DNA from: a virus
Length of the DNA stretch: 64,000 nt
IMG/VR virus record: IMGVR_UViG_3300025728_000008
Location: 64,001 to 128,000 of that record
Reading direction: 5' to 3' (one strand)
Part shown: positions 36,411-47,146 of the stretch, in pieces
Layout of the letters: the number at the start of each line of letters is the position of its first letter
How positions within the stretch are numbered: position 1 is the first letter of the stretch
The notes under the pieces: model-generated
Told to the model about the DNA's origin: nothing
Seen by the model: the letters and a program-made list of their open reading frames with translations, nothing else
The model's database searches: none
Made by a program: the position numbers and the translations under genes

Positions 36411-39400
36411 TTGGCAGGAAGTAATGATTTAAATATATCACTAAAAGCCCAAGTTGTAAAGTTAAAGGTAGAATTAGATGCAAAGGGTAGTAAGCTACCA
36501 CAACAAGTAAACAATATCTCTAAGATGTTGTCAAATAATCCTGTTAAACTTAAAGTTAAGCTTGAAGCTAAATTAGGTGATTTAACTAAACAAATGAAAT
36601 CTATTAGTACATCTTTACAGTCTAAACCTATGAAGATGAAAGTAGAACTTGATGTTGCAGGTTCGGCTACTCACATCAAAAAACAAATGCAAGACATTTA
36701 TAAAACTGTTGATGACTTCAATAAGAAATATGGCGCTCAAGTCAAAAAGATGAATCAACAAATCAACCAAGCTTCTAAGTCTCAAGGTAAAGCGCAATCA
36801 AATATTTCAACAAATGCTCCTATCGGGAACTTTAATAATATTAAGCAATACACAGACCAGATTAAAAAAGCTCAAGCTATTTTAAATGGCAAGTTTGGTG
36901 ACGGTATTTTCAAAGCTACACAATTCAAAGATGCTAAAGGTAATCTTACAGGATTCGTAGCAGAGTTACAAAAAGCAACAGGTGTTATTGAAAAACTTAA
37001 ATATTCTTGGAATAGTAAGAGTCAAGCATTTGAAGTTATTAATAGACAAACTATTGATAATACAAATAAAGGTGCTCAACAAATTCAAAACACTTTAAAA
37101 CAATTAAAGAATGAAATTAACAATCTTGGTAAAGGTACAGACAAGTCATCTTTATTCAATGATTTAAGCAAAATCAAAAAAGCATTATCAGAAGACGGTG
37201 GAAGAAACTTCACTAAACAAATGGTTACAGATTTACAGAGTGCTATCAAAGCTGAACAACAATTAGCACAATCTGCAAAAGCAAGAAATGTAGCATTAGC
37301 ACAAGAAGCGAAATTAGTAGCTGACCTAAAGAGACTAAGAGGAACTGCTTTAACTGCTACTAAAAAGCAAGATACTGATTTTAAGAATGAGTTTAGTAAA
37401 CTTATCCAACAAGCTAATAAAGTTTCAAAAACAGAAGACCCTGCAAAAGCAGTAAAAGATATTCGTCTTGCATCACAAGCTTTAGTTAATGACCAAAACA
37501 AGGTAATTGCTAAAGAAAGAGAAACACAAGCAGTATTAAAAGAAACTATCAAGTTAAGACAACAACTTAAAGAAGTTTTACGTTCAATGCCAAGTGATGA
37601 TGCTAGTAATAAATTAAAACGTCAAATGGTTACAGAAGCTATCACTGCTACACAACAAATCAAGACATACGAACAACTAGCAAATGCAAAGAAAAACCTT
37701 CAAAATATCTCTAATAAACAATGGATGGATAATGACCAAAATAGAGCTAAGTCTCTAATCGAAAGTTTAAAATCTGTACAGAGACAATTTGAAGCTATAG
37801 GTAAAACACCTGCAAAACTAACACAATTTATGGGAGTTATTGACCAAAGAGCTACACAAAAACTAAGTCAAAACACTCAAGATATCCGTAATGCATTGAC
37901 TACATATCAAAGAATGTTAGCAGATGAAAATCGCAAAATTAAAGCAAGAGAAAAAGAGATTCGTCTAGGGCAAGATATCACTGCTAAATTTGGTGGAGGA
38001 GACTCAGCTAAATTTAAGAATATGCAACAGCAAATCTTTGGCGATGGTACATTGACTTCAAGAGCAATCAAAGACTTGCAGAATTATATCGGAACTGTTG
38101 AAAGAGCTAAAGTAGCATCCATCTCATTTGGTCGTGATGGTATTGACCAGATGGGTAATAGAGTTAAGCAAATGTCTGTTATGTTCCAAGGTCAAGGAGA
38201 GCATGTACGTAAAGTAACATATGCAATGACAGAAGGTTCAAACAGGATACGACAAACATCAGACGAAATGGTTCGTAACCTTAACCGTAACTTGAGTGCA
38301 TGGGAAAAATTCAAAGTAATGATGTCGTCAGCTCCAGTATGGATGATTTCACAACAAGCTATGATGGCTCCAATTCAAGGTCTTCAAGGTATGGTACAAG
38401 AAATCTTAAAAGTTGACCAAGCGTTAACAGAATTAAGAAGGGTAGCAAGCCCAACTCAAAACATTGATATCTTATTCGGAAATGCAGTTGAAATGTCTGG
38501 TAAGCTTGGTAATAATATCCATGATATTATGAAGGGTATGAATGAGTTCGCTCGTACATTCGGAGATTTCAATGAACGCCAATTAACAGCTATTACAGAG
38601 ACAGCAACATTAATGTCTAACGTATCTGATTTATCAGTTGAAGAATCTCAAAAATCTCTAGTAGGTACAATGAATGCATTTAACATTGAAGCAGAAGATT
38701 CTATCAGAATCGTAGATGCACTGAACGAAGTAGATAACAACTATGCTATTAGTACAAAACAATTAGCAGAAGGTCTACAAAAATCTGCATCAGCAGGTAA
38801 AACATTCGGTGTAGGACTTGAAGAAAACATTGGTCATATTACTGCAATTGGAGCAGTAACAATGGAGTCTGGTAACATCATTGGTAACTCATTAAAAACA
38901 ATTTATTCTCGTATGACAACAATGAAAGATTCAGAAGCAACATTACGTAGTGTTGGAATTGCAATGAATACAATTGGAGAAAATGGAGTTAAAAACGTTA
39001 AGCCAGTAGCTAACATCATTGATGAACTAGGTAAAAAGTGGTTCTTATTAAGTGATGCAGAACGTCAAAATATTGCTGTTAAATTAGCAGGAAGACATCA
39101 GTTAACTCGTTTCCTTGCTATGATGAACAACTATGATATGGCTGTAAAAGCAACAGCTACAGCATATAAATCTCAAGGTTCAGCAATGCGAGAAAATGAG
39201 AAATACATGCAATCATTTGAATCTAAAATCAATAAGCTTAAAAATGGATTTACGGAAATGTCATTGGCTATGGGTAAAGCATTCCTAAGTGGTGGAATGG
39301 AAATGGCTATTTCTGGATTAGCAGGAATTGCTAAAGGAGTTACAACTGTAACACAGTCATTTGGTGCATTGTCTACTATCGGTTTAGTTATTGGTGCAGT

Positions 39401-42400
39401 AATGACTAAGATGGGTGCTTTCAGCAATATGTTTGGACGAATTGGCGCAACAGTTGGTGTATTCAAACAGGGTATGCGTGAAGTAACTGTAGCATCTAAT
39501 GGAACTGCAACTGCAATGGAGAAGTTCAAAGGTGGTATGAATGGAGTTATCACAACATCAACAGGTGGAGCAACTGCATTCGGTGCAATGAGTAAAGCTG
39601 TAAAAGGATTTGCTCTTTCTTTAGGTAGTATGTTAGGAATGGGTGCAATATTCTTTGCAATCGGTGCAGGAGTAGAATATTTAATTGGCAAATACCAAAA
39701 AGCAAAACAAGAACAACAAGAGCTTCAAAAACGTATTAATGACCAAGTTCAAGCATATCGCAAGAGTTCAGATGGACTTGAAGGATTAATCAAACAATAT
39801 GAAGCATTTGAAAAAGCAGGAGACAGTATCAAGAAAGGTACTAGAGAATATGACGAGTTTATGATTGTACAATCTAAACTTGCTCAAGCAATGCCAAATA
39901 TGGTTAGAGAGATTGACGCACAAGGTCAAGCTCATATGAGAACATCAAAAGAACTTAGAGAACATGTTAAGAACACAAAAGAACTTTCTGAACTTCAAGC
40001 AAAAGCTACTAACTCAGCATTTAAAAAGAACATAGAAGATGAAGCTAAAGCATTATCGAAACTAGTAGAAGAAGAGAAGAAAATCAAAAAAGAACGTGAT
40101 GAATACAAGAAAGGCGCAGTAGACTGGAAAGCAGGTACAGGCGAGTCAGAAGAAGATAGACTTAAAAAGACAGAACAGTACAACATGAAAATTGCTCAAT
40201 GGAATCAAAAAGTATATGAACAAACACAAAAATCGACAAAACTAATTCAAGACCAAGCACGTGCTTATCTTGAAGCAGAAGGATACATGTCAAAACTTGG
40301 TGCAGGTGCTCAAGGTGTTGTAGATACATTCGCTAAAATGAATAGTGATTCAATACAAGCTCTTGTTAAAAAAGGTGCTCCACAAAAAGAAATCCAAGCT
40401 ATGATGAGTAGTATTACTAGAGATAGTCAAGAAGTCGGAAAAGTTTGGGCAGGAGCATTTGACAAAATGGCTCAAGGTATTAACAGAGGAACAGTAGAAG
40501 GTCAACGTGCCATTGATAAAATCAAAGCTGACTTAGGTTCTATCGGGAAAGCCATTCCAGAAGATTTATTTAAACTTGATAAAAATAACAGCATAGATGA
40601 CGTTAAACGTAACCTAGAAGGATTAATTGATATCGGTCAAAAGGTTAAATCTGCCAATGGTGGAACATGGCAATCATTAGCTCAAGAAGCTCAGAAGTAT
40701 GGATTAAGTGCAAGAGATGCAGAACAGTTTGTAACAAAACTTGGAACACAATCTCAAAACGCAGAAATCAAAGCTAAAGCTTTAGAAAATTCTGCTAATG
40801 GTATCGGGACAGCAATGGATGCAGGAACAGAAGGAATCAACGGACAAACAGACGCTCTTAAAGATTACGAAGAAGCTATCCTTGGTGCGATTGATGCACA
40901 GAAAGAATTGTTCGGATATAAGAACGAAGAACTAGGACAAATGAAAGGTCACTTAGAAGCAATGAAAACTGCTCAATTGCTATATGGTGAAAACGCAAAA
41001 GGAACTCAACTATGGGCTGAATCTGGCGAAAAGCTATCTCAATTCTTAGGAATTTCCAAAGAACAGGTAACTGGAAACGTTGATGGATTATTAGAAACAG
41101 TTAAAATTATGGGAGACCTTGGAATTAAGTACGATGAAAACGGTCAAGCTGTTCTAAATTGGGGAGATGCAACAGAAGGTCAAATTTCTAAGTTTAAAGA
41201 AAATGTTCAAAAGATGGGCTTAGATGTTGATTTCTTAACAGGAAAAACAAGAGAAGCAGGTCGTGGTATCAAAGAAACAGGAGATGCTACAGGTCAAGCA
41301 GGAGCTTTATTTAATGAAGCAGGTCAACGTGTAAACCAAGCAGGACAATTAATCAACGAAGCAGGTCAAAGAATTGACTCAGCAGGAAACATTATTAATG
41401 AAGCAGGGGACAAAGTTTCTCAAGGTGGCGAGAAAATGGGTCAAGCAGGTGAAAAGGTTCAACCTTTCATCGACAAGATTCAAGAACTTGCTGATAAATC
41501 TGGTAAATCTGGACAAGAAATTGTTGAAGGATTACAGAAAGTAAACCTTGCAGACTTTAGCCAAGTCCAAGCTAAAGGTAATGAACTAGGTCTAACAATG
41601 GATACAGTAGTAGAATATGCGAAAAAGGCAGGAGCTATTACTCCAGAGGAAATGGCAAAAATCGGAAACTCTGGTGAGAAATTAACATTATTAGAACAAA
41701 AAATGAAAGACTTAGGTTTCGATGAATTTACTGGTAAGTCTAGTGAAACAGCAGGTAAAGTCGAAGGTGACATGAACAGAATCGGTAATGCAGGGCAACC
41801 ATTATCATTACTAGAACAAAAAATGAAAGATTTAGGCTTTGATGAAGCATCTAATAAATCAAGTGAAACCGCTACAAAAGTAGAAGGAGATATGAACAGA
41901 ATCGCCAACTCTGGAGCACCATTATCAATCCTTGAAACAAAAATGAGAAACCTTGGTTTCGATGAGATGACTAGCGAATCTGAACAGGCTAAAGTTAAAT
42001 TCTCTGGAGACATGACTGCAATTGGTCAGTCTGGAAACTTATTAAATCCTTTAGGTCAAGCAACAGGTCAAGTAGGTCAAAAACTTATTGACATGAACAC
42101 AGAGGTAGGTAGAACATCTAGTGGATTCCAAAATGGCATGGCTCAAATTGGTAACTCTGGTGGAAGTCTAGCTCCATTAAAAGAAAACGTTGCACAACTA
42201 GGAACTGCAATGAGCGAAACAAAAGGTACTGTAGAAACAAATGTTAGTGGAATTAATACTTCATTCTCAACATTAGGACAAGGATTAGATACAGGAGCAG
42301 GAAGATGGAAAACAACTGCTCAAACATTCATGGAAAGTGTTCAAGGAATGTCGAAACAGACAGGAACAAGTGCTCAAGAAATCCAAGGTCACGTTACTAC

Positions 42401-45400
42401 TATTGGCAATGCAGGTAATGCATTAGACCAATACAAACTAGCAGTAGACAACGTTAAAGCATCTCTAAGTGGATTTGCAACAGAAGTTACAGGAACAGCT
42501 ACAGGATTAAGTCAATTCGGAATGGCATTTGCAGGTGCAGGAACAGCTATGAGTGGATTCCAAACATCAATGAGTGGTGTTAGAGGTGAAATGTCTAACG
42601 TTGTATCTCAAGCAAGCGGAACAGCGCAAAGCTTACAAAGCATCGGAGATTCAATGTCAAGTGCAGGTAATAGTGCAAGTGGCTTTGTAGGAGCGATGAA
42701 TGGCGTTGGTGCATCATGTTCACTAGCATCTCAATCTATGGCAAACATGGGTTCTGCAAGTGCAACAGCATCAAGTGGATTAGCAAGTGCAACACAGGCT
42801 TCTAATGCAAGCGCTCAAGCATCTCAAAACAATGCGAACGCTAAACAAAATGAAGCATCAGCTTCACAAACATCAGCTACAGCATCATTCAATGTAGCAA
42901 ATGCAAAACAATCAGAAGCATCAGCAATTATGAGTGCAATCAGTGCTACACAAAGTATGTCTCAAGCATACTCTGCAATGGCACAAGCAGGAATCAGTTC
43001 TATTTCTGCTATCATGAATGCAGTTAGAGCTTATGTAACATCAGTATTAGCTATGGGTACATCTACAATGGCAACTGGTATGCTTGTTCGTGGAGCATTC
43101 AGTGGAATGGTCGGAGCAGTTGTAGGTGGAACAGGAGCAATGGTAAGCGCTCATGGTTCACAAGCTAGTGCATTAAACAGAGTTAAAGATTCTGCTAACC
43201 AAGCAAAATCTGCTGTACAATCTTTAAATAGTACAGTATCGGGTGCAATGACAAACTTAAATAACTATATTGCAAAAGCTCAACAGGCTTCAAACGTACA
43301 AGTTAAAGCACCAACATTACCAACTTTACCAACAGGTGCATCATGGAATATGTCAAGCATCACAAACGTTGAAACTGACAGTGGTGTAGCAGGAGCTATC
43401 GCTAACTTTGGTTCACAAGTATCTAGTGCAATGGGAACATTCAGTGCTAGTAGCGGAGAATCTGGTTCAGCAGGTGGAGATGGAGGTACTTCTGGTACAG
43501 TCCAACCATCTATCTATAGTGGGTTAAATTCTTATGGTGAAATGAGTGTCTTCAAGGCATCAGCAGATGAGAGTGAGAAACTAGCAGATGCAACACCTTG
43601 GAGTACGTATGACAGAAGCATGAAAGAACTTGATGTAGTCATTAAGCATATGGAAGCTAAAATGAAGTCTATGAACAAAAACACAGCAGAATATCGCAAA
43701 ATGATGAACGATATCTATCAAGTTGAAATTAAACGTTGGACACTTCTAAATCACGACTTGTACGATAAAGAACGTAGAAACGAACAAATCAAGCGTGAAC
43801 TTGACGGTCTTAAAAACATCAACAGTCATACAAAAGAACAACGTGAACAGTATAATAAATTATGGTCAGAATATGAAAGCAACCTAAGTTCAATCACTTC
43901 AATGAGAGCTGAATGGCAAGAGTTCCTAGACAATTGGGAAGAACGTTATGCTGACATTTTAAGACAACACGTAGAAGCAATTGTTGAAGCTTATACAAAA
44001 GGGTTAGAAGAAATCAAAGCGAAAGTGGACGATATCGACTTTGCAATCTCAGTTGCAGAATTGACAGACCCAGAAAACATGACAAAGATGATGAATCTTT
44101 ATATTGATAAAGCAAACCAATTGAAACAAGAGCGTAAGAAAATCGAAGACCAACAACGTGATTTAACTCTAAAGCTTTACGAAGCAGAAGATAAATTTGG
44201 TAAAGATAGTAAAGTTGCAAATGAAATCAGAACAGAGATTGATAAAGTAAAAGAAGCTTGGGAAGATTCAACATTAGCAGTATTACAAGCTGAAAAAGAA
44301 ATCAAAGATACTCGTGCAAAAGTAGCGGACGGTGGCATTGACCAACTTAAAAACTACTATAAGAACATGAAAGATATGGCAATAGATGCAATTGATAAAG
44401 AACAAGACAACTTGAAAAAAGCTCACGATGCGAAGATGAAATTATACGACAAAGAAATCGAAAAGATTAATGGAGTATATGATGCTAAGTTAAAACAAAT
44501 GGACACAGAAAAAGAGGAAGCAAATTACCAAGAAGAACTTGGAGATAAGAACAAAAAACGTGCAGAATTACAGAATAAAATCAGTATTTTATCCAAGGAT
44601 AATTCGTTATCTGGTAAGAAAAAACTAGCAGATGCTCAAAAAGAACTTCAAGAAATGGATAAAGAGATTGAGAAGTTCCAAAAAGAACGTGCTGACGAAT
44701 TAATGCGACAAGCATTAGAAGACCAAAAAGCACAACAAATTAAAGAAATCGAAGATAAGAAACAAGCAGAAACAGATGTTCTAGATAAGAAAGTTGAAGA
44801 CTTAGATAAAGAGAAAGAAAACGTTACTAAGAAATACGATGACCTTATTGATAACGAGAAACGTTGGGCAGATATGCGTGACCAATTCATCCAAGGAAAC
44901 TTCCAAACATTAAACGATGAATTACAAAAAATGCAGAAACAAATCAGCAACATGCAAAACGGAATCTTTGATGGATTAACACCAAGCTTTGGTGGGTTCT
45001 CAGATGAGACTAAGAAACAAGTACAAGATGCTAATGACCTATTAGCTGACAACATGAACTTTAACTTACAAGACCCTAAGAGTGATGTAGAAGAGTTAAT
45101 TAAGTCTAAAGGATATCAAACATTCGAGAGCGAAGTAGTTCGCCCAGATGACCCTGCTAGACCTATGAAACCTGCTCCAGAACCACAACCACCAAGCAAA
45201 CCGCAACCACCTATACCACCTGCTCAAATGCCTACTAAGGGTAACGTAACTGGTGTAACATCAGATAGCTATCTGAATATCCGTAACGCTCCAAACCTAC
45301 AAGGTCAAGTTGTAAGACGTATCCTTAATGGTGCAAACGTTCAAATCTTAGGAGAAGATGGAGATTGGTGGAAAGTTAAATTTGCTAACTCTAGAGGAAC

Positions 45401-45755
45401 AACACAAGGGTATGCAAATAAGAAATATATTAAAGCATTTGATACTGGTGGTTACACTGGTGATAATGTACCAAAAGAAGGAGCGTTAGCCTTACTTCAC
45501 CAAAAAGAACAGGTTCTAAACAAAGAAGATACAAAGAACGTATTCAACACGGTTAAACTGGTAGACAAGATTAAATCATACTTACCAAACATGACAGCTA
45601 ACAATTTAGCAGGACAATTTGCAAGTCAAGGTTCTGTAAACGTGAATAACACTTACGAGTTAATAGTTAACATCGACAACATGAGTGGTTCTAAGAAAGA
45701 TGTAGATAACGTAACAAGTAAGATTTTAGATGGATTGAAGAAGTTAGGGAAGTAA
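36411..45755 (+). CDS. Tape measure protein with C-terminal SH3b domain
   Basis: 3114 aa; TP901-type core (NEVDNNYAIS...GNIIGNSLKTIYSR); coiled coils; YLNIRNAP...GDWWKV SH3b; FDTGGYTG. Confidence 0.93.
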   Translation: MAGSNDLNISLKAQVVKLKVELDAKGSKLPQQVNNISKMLSNNPVKLKVKLEAKLGDLTKQMKSISTSLQSKPMKMKVELDVAGSATHIKKQMQDIYKTVDDFNKKYGAQVKKMNQQINQASKSQGKAQSNISTNAPIGNFNNIKQYTDQIKKAQAILNGKFGDGIFKATQFKDAKGNLTGFVAELQKATGVIEKLKYSWNSKSQAFEVINRQTIDNTNKGAQQIQNTLKQLKNEINNLGKGTDKSSLFNDLSKIKKALSEDGGRNFTKQMVTDLQSAIKAEQQLAQSAKARNVALAQEAKLVADLKRLRGTALTATKKQDTDFKNEFSKLIQQANKVSKTEDPAKAVKDIRLASQALVNDQNKVIAKERETQAVLKETIKLRQQLKEVLRSMPSDDASNKLKRQMVTEAITATQQIKTYEQLANAKKNLQNISNKQWMDNDQNRAKSLIESLKSVQRQFEAIGKTPAKLTQFMGVIDQRATQKLSQNTQDIRNALTTYQRMLADENRKIKAREKEIRLGQDITAKFGGGDSAKFKNMQQQIFGDGTLTSRAIKDLQNYIGTVERAKVASISFGRDGIDQMGNRVKQMSVMFQGQGEHVRKVTYAMTEGSNRIRQTSDEMVRNLNRNLSAWEKFKVMMSSAPVWMISQQAMMAPIQGLQGMVQEILKVDQALTELRRVASPTQNIDILFGNAVEMSGKLGNNIHDIMKGMNEFARTFGDFNERQLTAITETATLMSNVSDLSVEESQKSLVGTMNAFNIEAEDSIRIVDALNEVDNNYAISTKQLAEGLQKSASAGKTFGVGLEENIGHITAIGAVTMESGNIIGNSLKTIYSRMTTMKDSEATLRSVGIAMNTIGENGVKNVKPVANIIDELGKKWFLLSDAERQNIAVKLAGRHQLTRFLAMMNNYDMAVKATATAYKSQGSAMRENEKYMQSFESKINKLKNGFTEMSLAMGKAFLSGGMEMAISGLAGIAKGVTTVTQSFGALSTIGLVIGAVMTKMGAFSNMFGRIGATVGVFKQGMREVTVASNGTATAMEKFKGGMNGVITTSTGGATAFGAMSKAVKGFALSLGSMLGMGAIFFAIGAGVEYLIGKYQKAKQEQQELQKRINDQVQAYRKSSDGLEGLIKQYEAFEKAGDSIKKGTREYDEFMIVQSKLAQAMPNMVREIDAQGQAHMRTSKELREHVKNTKELSELQAKATNSAFKKNIEDEAKALSKLVEEEKKIKKERDEYKKGAVDWKAGTGESEEDRLKKTEQYNMKIAQWNQKVYEQTQKSTKLIQDQARAYLEAEGYMSKLGAGAQGVVDTFAKMNSDSIQALVKKGAPQKEIQAMMSSITRDSQEVGKVWAGAFDKMAQGINRGTVEGQRAIDKIKADLGSIGKAIPEDLFKLDKNNSIDDVKRNLEGLIDIGQKVKSANGGTWQSLAQEAQKYGLSARDAEQFVTKLGTQSQNAEIKAKALENSANGIGTAMDAGTEGINGQTDALKDYEEAILGAIDAQKELFGYKNEELGQMKGHLEAMKTAQLLYGENAKGTQLWAESGEKLSQFLGISKEQVTGNVDGLLETVKIMGDLGIKYDENGQAVLNWGDATEGQISKFKENVQKMGLDVDFLTGKTREAGRGIKETGDATGQAGALFNEAGQRVNQAGQLINEAGQRIDSAGNIINEAGDKVSQGGEKMGQAGEKVQPFIDKIQELADKSGKSGQEIVEGLQKVNLADFSQVQAKGNELGLTMDTVVEYAKKAGAITPEEMAKIGNSGEKLTLLEQKMKDLGFDEFTGKSSETAGKVEGDMNRIGNAGQPLSLLEQKMKDLGFDEASNKSSETATKVEGDMNRIANSGAPLSILETKMRNLGFDEMTSESEQAKVKFSGDMTAIGQSGNLLNPLGQATGQVGQKLIDMNTEVGRTSSGFQNGMAQIGNSGGSLAPLKENVAQLGTAMSETKGTVETNVSGINTSFSTLGQGLDTGAGRWKTTAQTFMESVQGMSKQTGTSAQEIQGHVTTIGNAGNALDQYKLAVDNVKASLSGFATEVTGTATGLSQFGMAFAGAGTAMSGFQTSMSGVRGEMSNVVSQASGTAQSLQSIGDSMSSAGNSASGFVGAMNGVGASCSLASQSMANMGSASATASSGLASATQASNASAQASQNNANAKQNEASASQTSATASFNVANAKQSEASAIMSAISATQSMSQAYSAMAQAGISSISAIMNAVRAYVTSVLAMGTSTMATGMLVRGAFSGMVGAVVGGTGAMVSAHGSQASALNRVKDSANQAKSAVQSLNSTVSGAMTNLNNYIAKAQQASNVQVKAPTLPTLPTGASWNMSSITNVETDSGVAGAIANFGSQVSSAMGTFSASSGESGSAGGDGGTSGTVQPSIYSGLNSYGEMSVFKASADESEKLADATPWSTYDRSMKELDVVIKHMEAKMKSMNKNTAEYRKMMNDIYQVEIKRWTLLNHDLYDKERRNEQIKRELDGLKNINSHTKEQREQYNKLWSEYESNLSSITSMRAEWQEFLDNWEERYADILRQHVEAIVEAYTKGLEEIKAKVDDIDFAISVAELTDPENMTKMMNLYIDKANQLKQERKKIEDQQRDLTLKLYEAEDKFGKDSKVANEIRTEIDKVKEAWEDSTLAVLQAEKEIKDTRAKVADGGIDQLKNYYKNMKDMAIDAIDKEQDNLKKAHDAKMKLYDKEIEKINGVYDAKLKQMDTEKEEANYQEELGDKNKKRAELQNKISILSKDNSLSGKKKLADAQKELQEMDKEIEKFQKERADELMRQALEDQKAQQIKEIEDKKQAETDVLDKKVEDLDKEKENVTKKYDDLIDNEKRWADMRDQFIQGNFQTLNDELQKMQKQISNMQNGIFDGLTPSFGGFSDETKKQVQDANDLLADNMNFNLQDPKSDVEELIKSKGYQTFESEVVRPDDPARPMKPAPEPQPPSKPQPPIPPAQMPTKGNVTGVTSDSYLNIRNAPNLQGQVVRRILNGANVQILGEDGDWWKVKFANSRGTTQGYANKKYIKAFDTGGYTGDNVPKEGALALLHQKEQVLNKEDTKNVFNTVKLVDKIKSYLPNMTANNLAGQFASQGSVNVNNTYELIVNIDNMSGSKKDVDNVTSKILDGLKKLGK
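41650..42040 (+). repeat. Three 120-nt (40-aa) tandem repeats in the tape measure
   Basis: LLEQKMKDLGFDE units at about 41681, 41801 and 41921. Confidence 0.85.
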
Positions 45756-45783
45756 TTCCCTTCTTCTCTTTCCTATTTTTTTA
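45737..45783 (+). terminator. Probable terminator after the tape measure
   Basis: GAAGAAG.AGGGAA-gta-ATTCCCTTCTTC followed by pyrimidine and T runs. Confidence 0.5.
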
Positions 45784-45786
45784 GGA

Positions 45787-46566
45787 GTGAAAAGGATGCC
45801 AACTATTAAAGAGAAAGTTCATTTTAGTTTTAATGGGGTTTCATCTAGAACGCATAAAGTAATGCATGTAGTTTTAGATTCTGGAATGTATGAAGAACAG
45901 TTCGTGGCTTCAAGGGAAGTAAATGAGACTAAAGTTAGAGGTAGCGGAAAGCCATTGCTTCATGGTATAGAAGATAATCCTTTAAATTTTGAAATGATTA
46001 TCGCTGTTGATGGTAAATACACTGAACAACAAATCAGTGATATCATCAGATGGTTGTGGACTGATACTTATAAACCATTATATTTTGAAGGTAAAGAAAA
46101 CAAGATATATTATTGCACACCTGTTGATGATTCAAGTATTGCACATAACGGTTTAAGTCAAGGTTACTTTACAGTCAATATGAGATGTGATTCATCTTAT
46201 ATTTATTCTCCAACTACTACAACTGCTATGACAACTGTTACTAGTACACCACAAACTATTACAATTAATAATGATGGTCATTTCGATATTTATCCAGAAA
46301 TTTCAATTAAGAAAACTGGTGCAGGAACAGTTACATTAGAATTTTTAGATGATGGTGGAAATATATTTGAAGTTAGAGATTTAACAAACTTAGAAGATAT
46401 ATATGTCAATTGTGAGAAAGAGCAAATTCAAACAGATATAATTGGTGTATATAGATATGATAAAGTTATAGGTCATTATCCAAAATTAGTATATGGGCAA
46501 AATAGAATCAAAGTTACAGGTGCTTGTCAAATTCAGTTCAGATATACAATTAGATATAGATTCTAA
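45787..46566 (+). CDS. Distal tail protein (Dit)
   Basis: 259 aa after the tape measure; FSFNG, WL...YKPLYF, INNDG..IYPEI, LVYGQNRI. Confidence 0.85.
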   Translation: MKRMPTIKEKVHFSFNGVSSRTHKVMHVVLDSGMYEEQFVASREVNETKVRGSGKPLLHGIEDNPLNFEMIIAVDGKYTEQQISDIIRWLWTDTYKPLYFEGKENKIYYCTPVDDSSIAHNGLSQGYFTVNMRCDSSYIYSPTTTTAMTTVTSTPQTITINNDGHFDIYPEISIKKTGAGTVTLEFLDDGGNIFEVRDLTNLEDIYVNCEKEQIQTDIIGVYRYDKVIGHYPKLVYGQNRIKVTGACQIQFRYTIRYRF

Positions 46567-46592
46567 AATTCCCAGATAATGTATTATATTAT

Positions 46593-46621
46593 TTGACAAA
46601 AACAAATAATAATGATATAAT
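46593..46621 (+). promoter_or_regulatory. sigmaA promoter of the moron
   Basis: TTGACA-aaaacaaataataatga(17)-TATAAT. Confidence 0.85.
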
Positions 46622-46644
46622 TAAATTTATGTAAGGTGATATTT

Positions 46645-47130
46645 ATGATTGGAAATTTAGTATTTTTTAAACAAACAAATTCTTTCATATCTAGATTAAT
46701 TGCCAAAGTTACTAAAAGTGAATTTACTCATGTCGGCTTAATTGTCGGACATGACGAAACAACAGGAGTCTTAACAATAATCGAGTCTAATAGATTTATA
46801 AGAACAAGGGTTGCAAGATTACAGTTAAATGAAAGACATGTCATTTATACTATTGGAGAACAACCAAAAGAAGTCGTAGATAAGATTGTCAAATTTGCTT
46901 ATAAAAACTTAGGTAAAAGATATGATTATTTACAACTTTTAGGATTATTCATATCCTTATCTTTTGAGAGAAAGAGAAATATTTACTTCAACAGTAAGAA
47001 CAAATTAATATGTTCAGAGCTTGTTGATTTAGCTTATTACACTTCTGGTGTAAAGCGCAATACAAATAAAAATTTAGGTAATATAACACCTCAAGAATTA
47101 TTCGAGGTGTACAATTTAAAAGAATTGTAA
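46645..47130 (+). CDS. YiiX/YebB-like permuted papain-like (NlpC/P60) enzyme (ORF track start 46636)
   Basis: FTHVGL...LGKRYD...LICSELV...ITPQEL. Confidence 0.85.
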   Translation: MIGNLVFFKQTNSFISRLIAKVTKSEFTHVGLIVGHDETTGVLTIIESNRFIRTRVARLQLNERHVIYTIGEQPKEVVDKIVKFAYKNLGKRYDYLQLLGLFISLSFERKRNIYFNSKNKLICSELVDLAYYTSGVKRNTNKNLGNITPQELFEVYNLKEL

Positions 47131-47146
47131 GAGAGGGGTATAGAGA

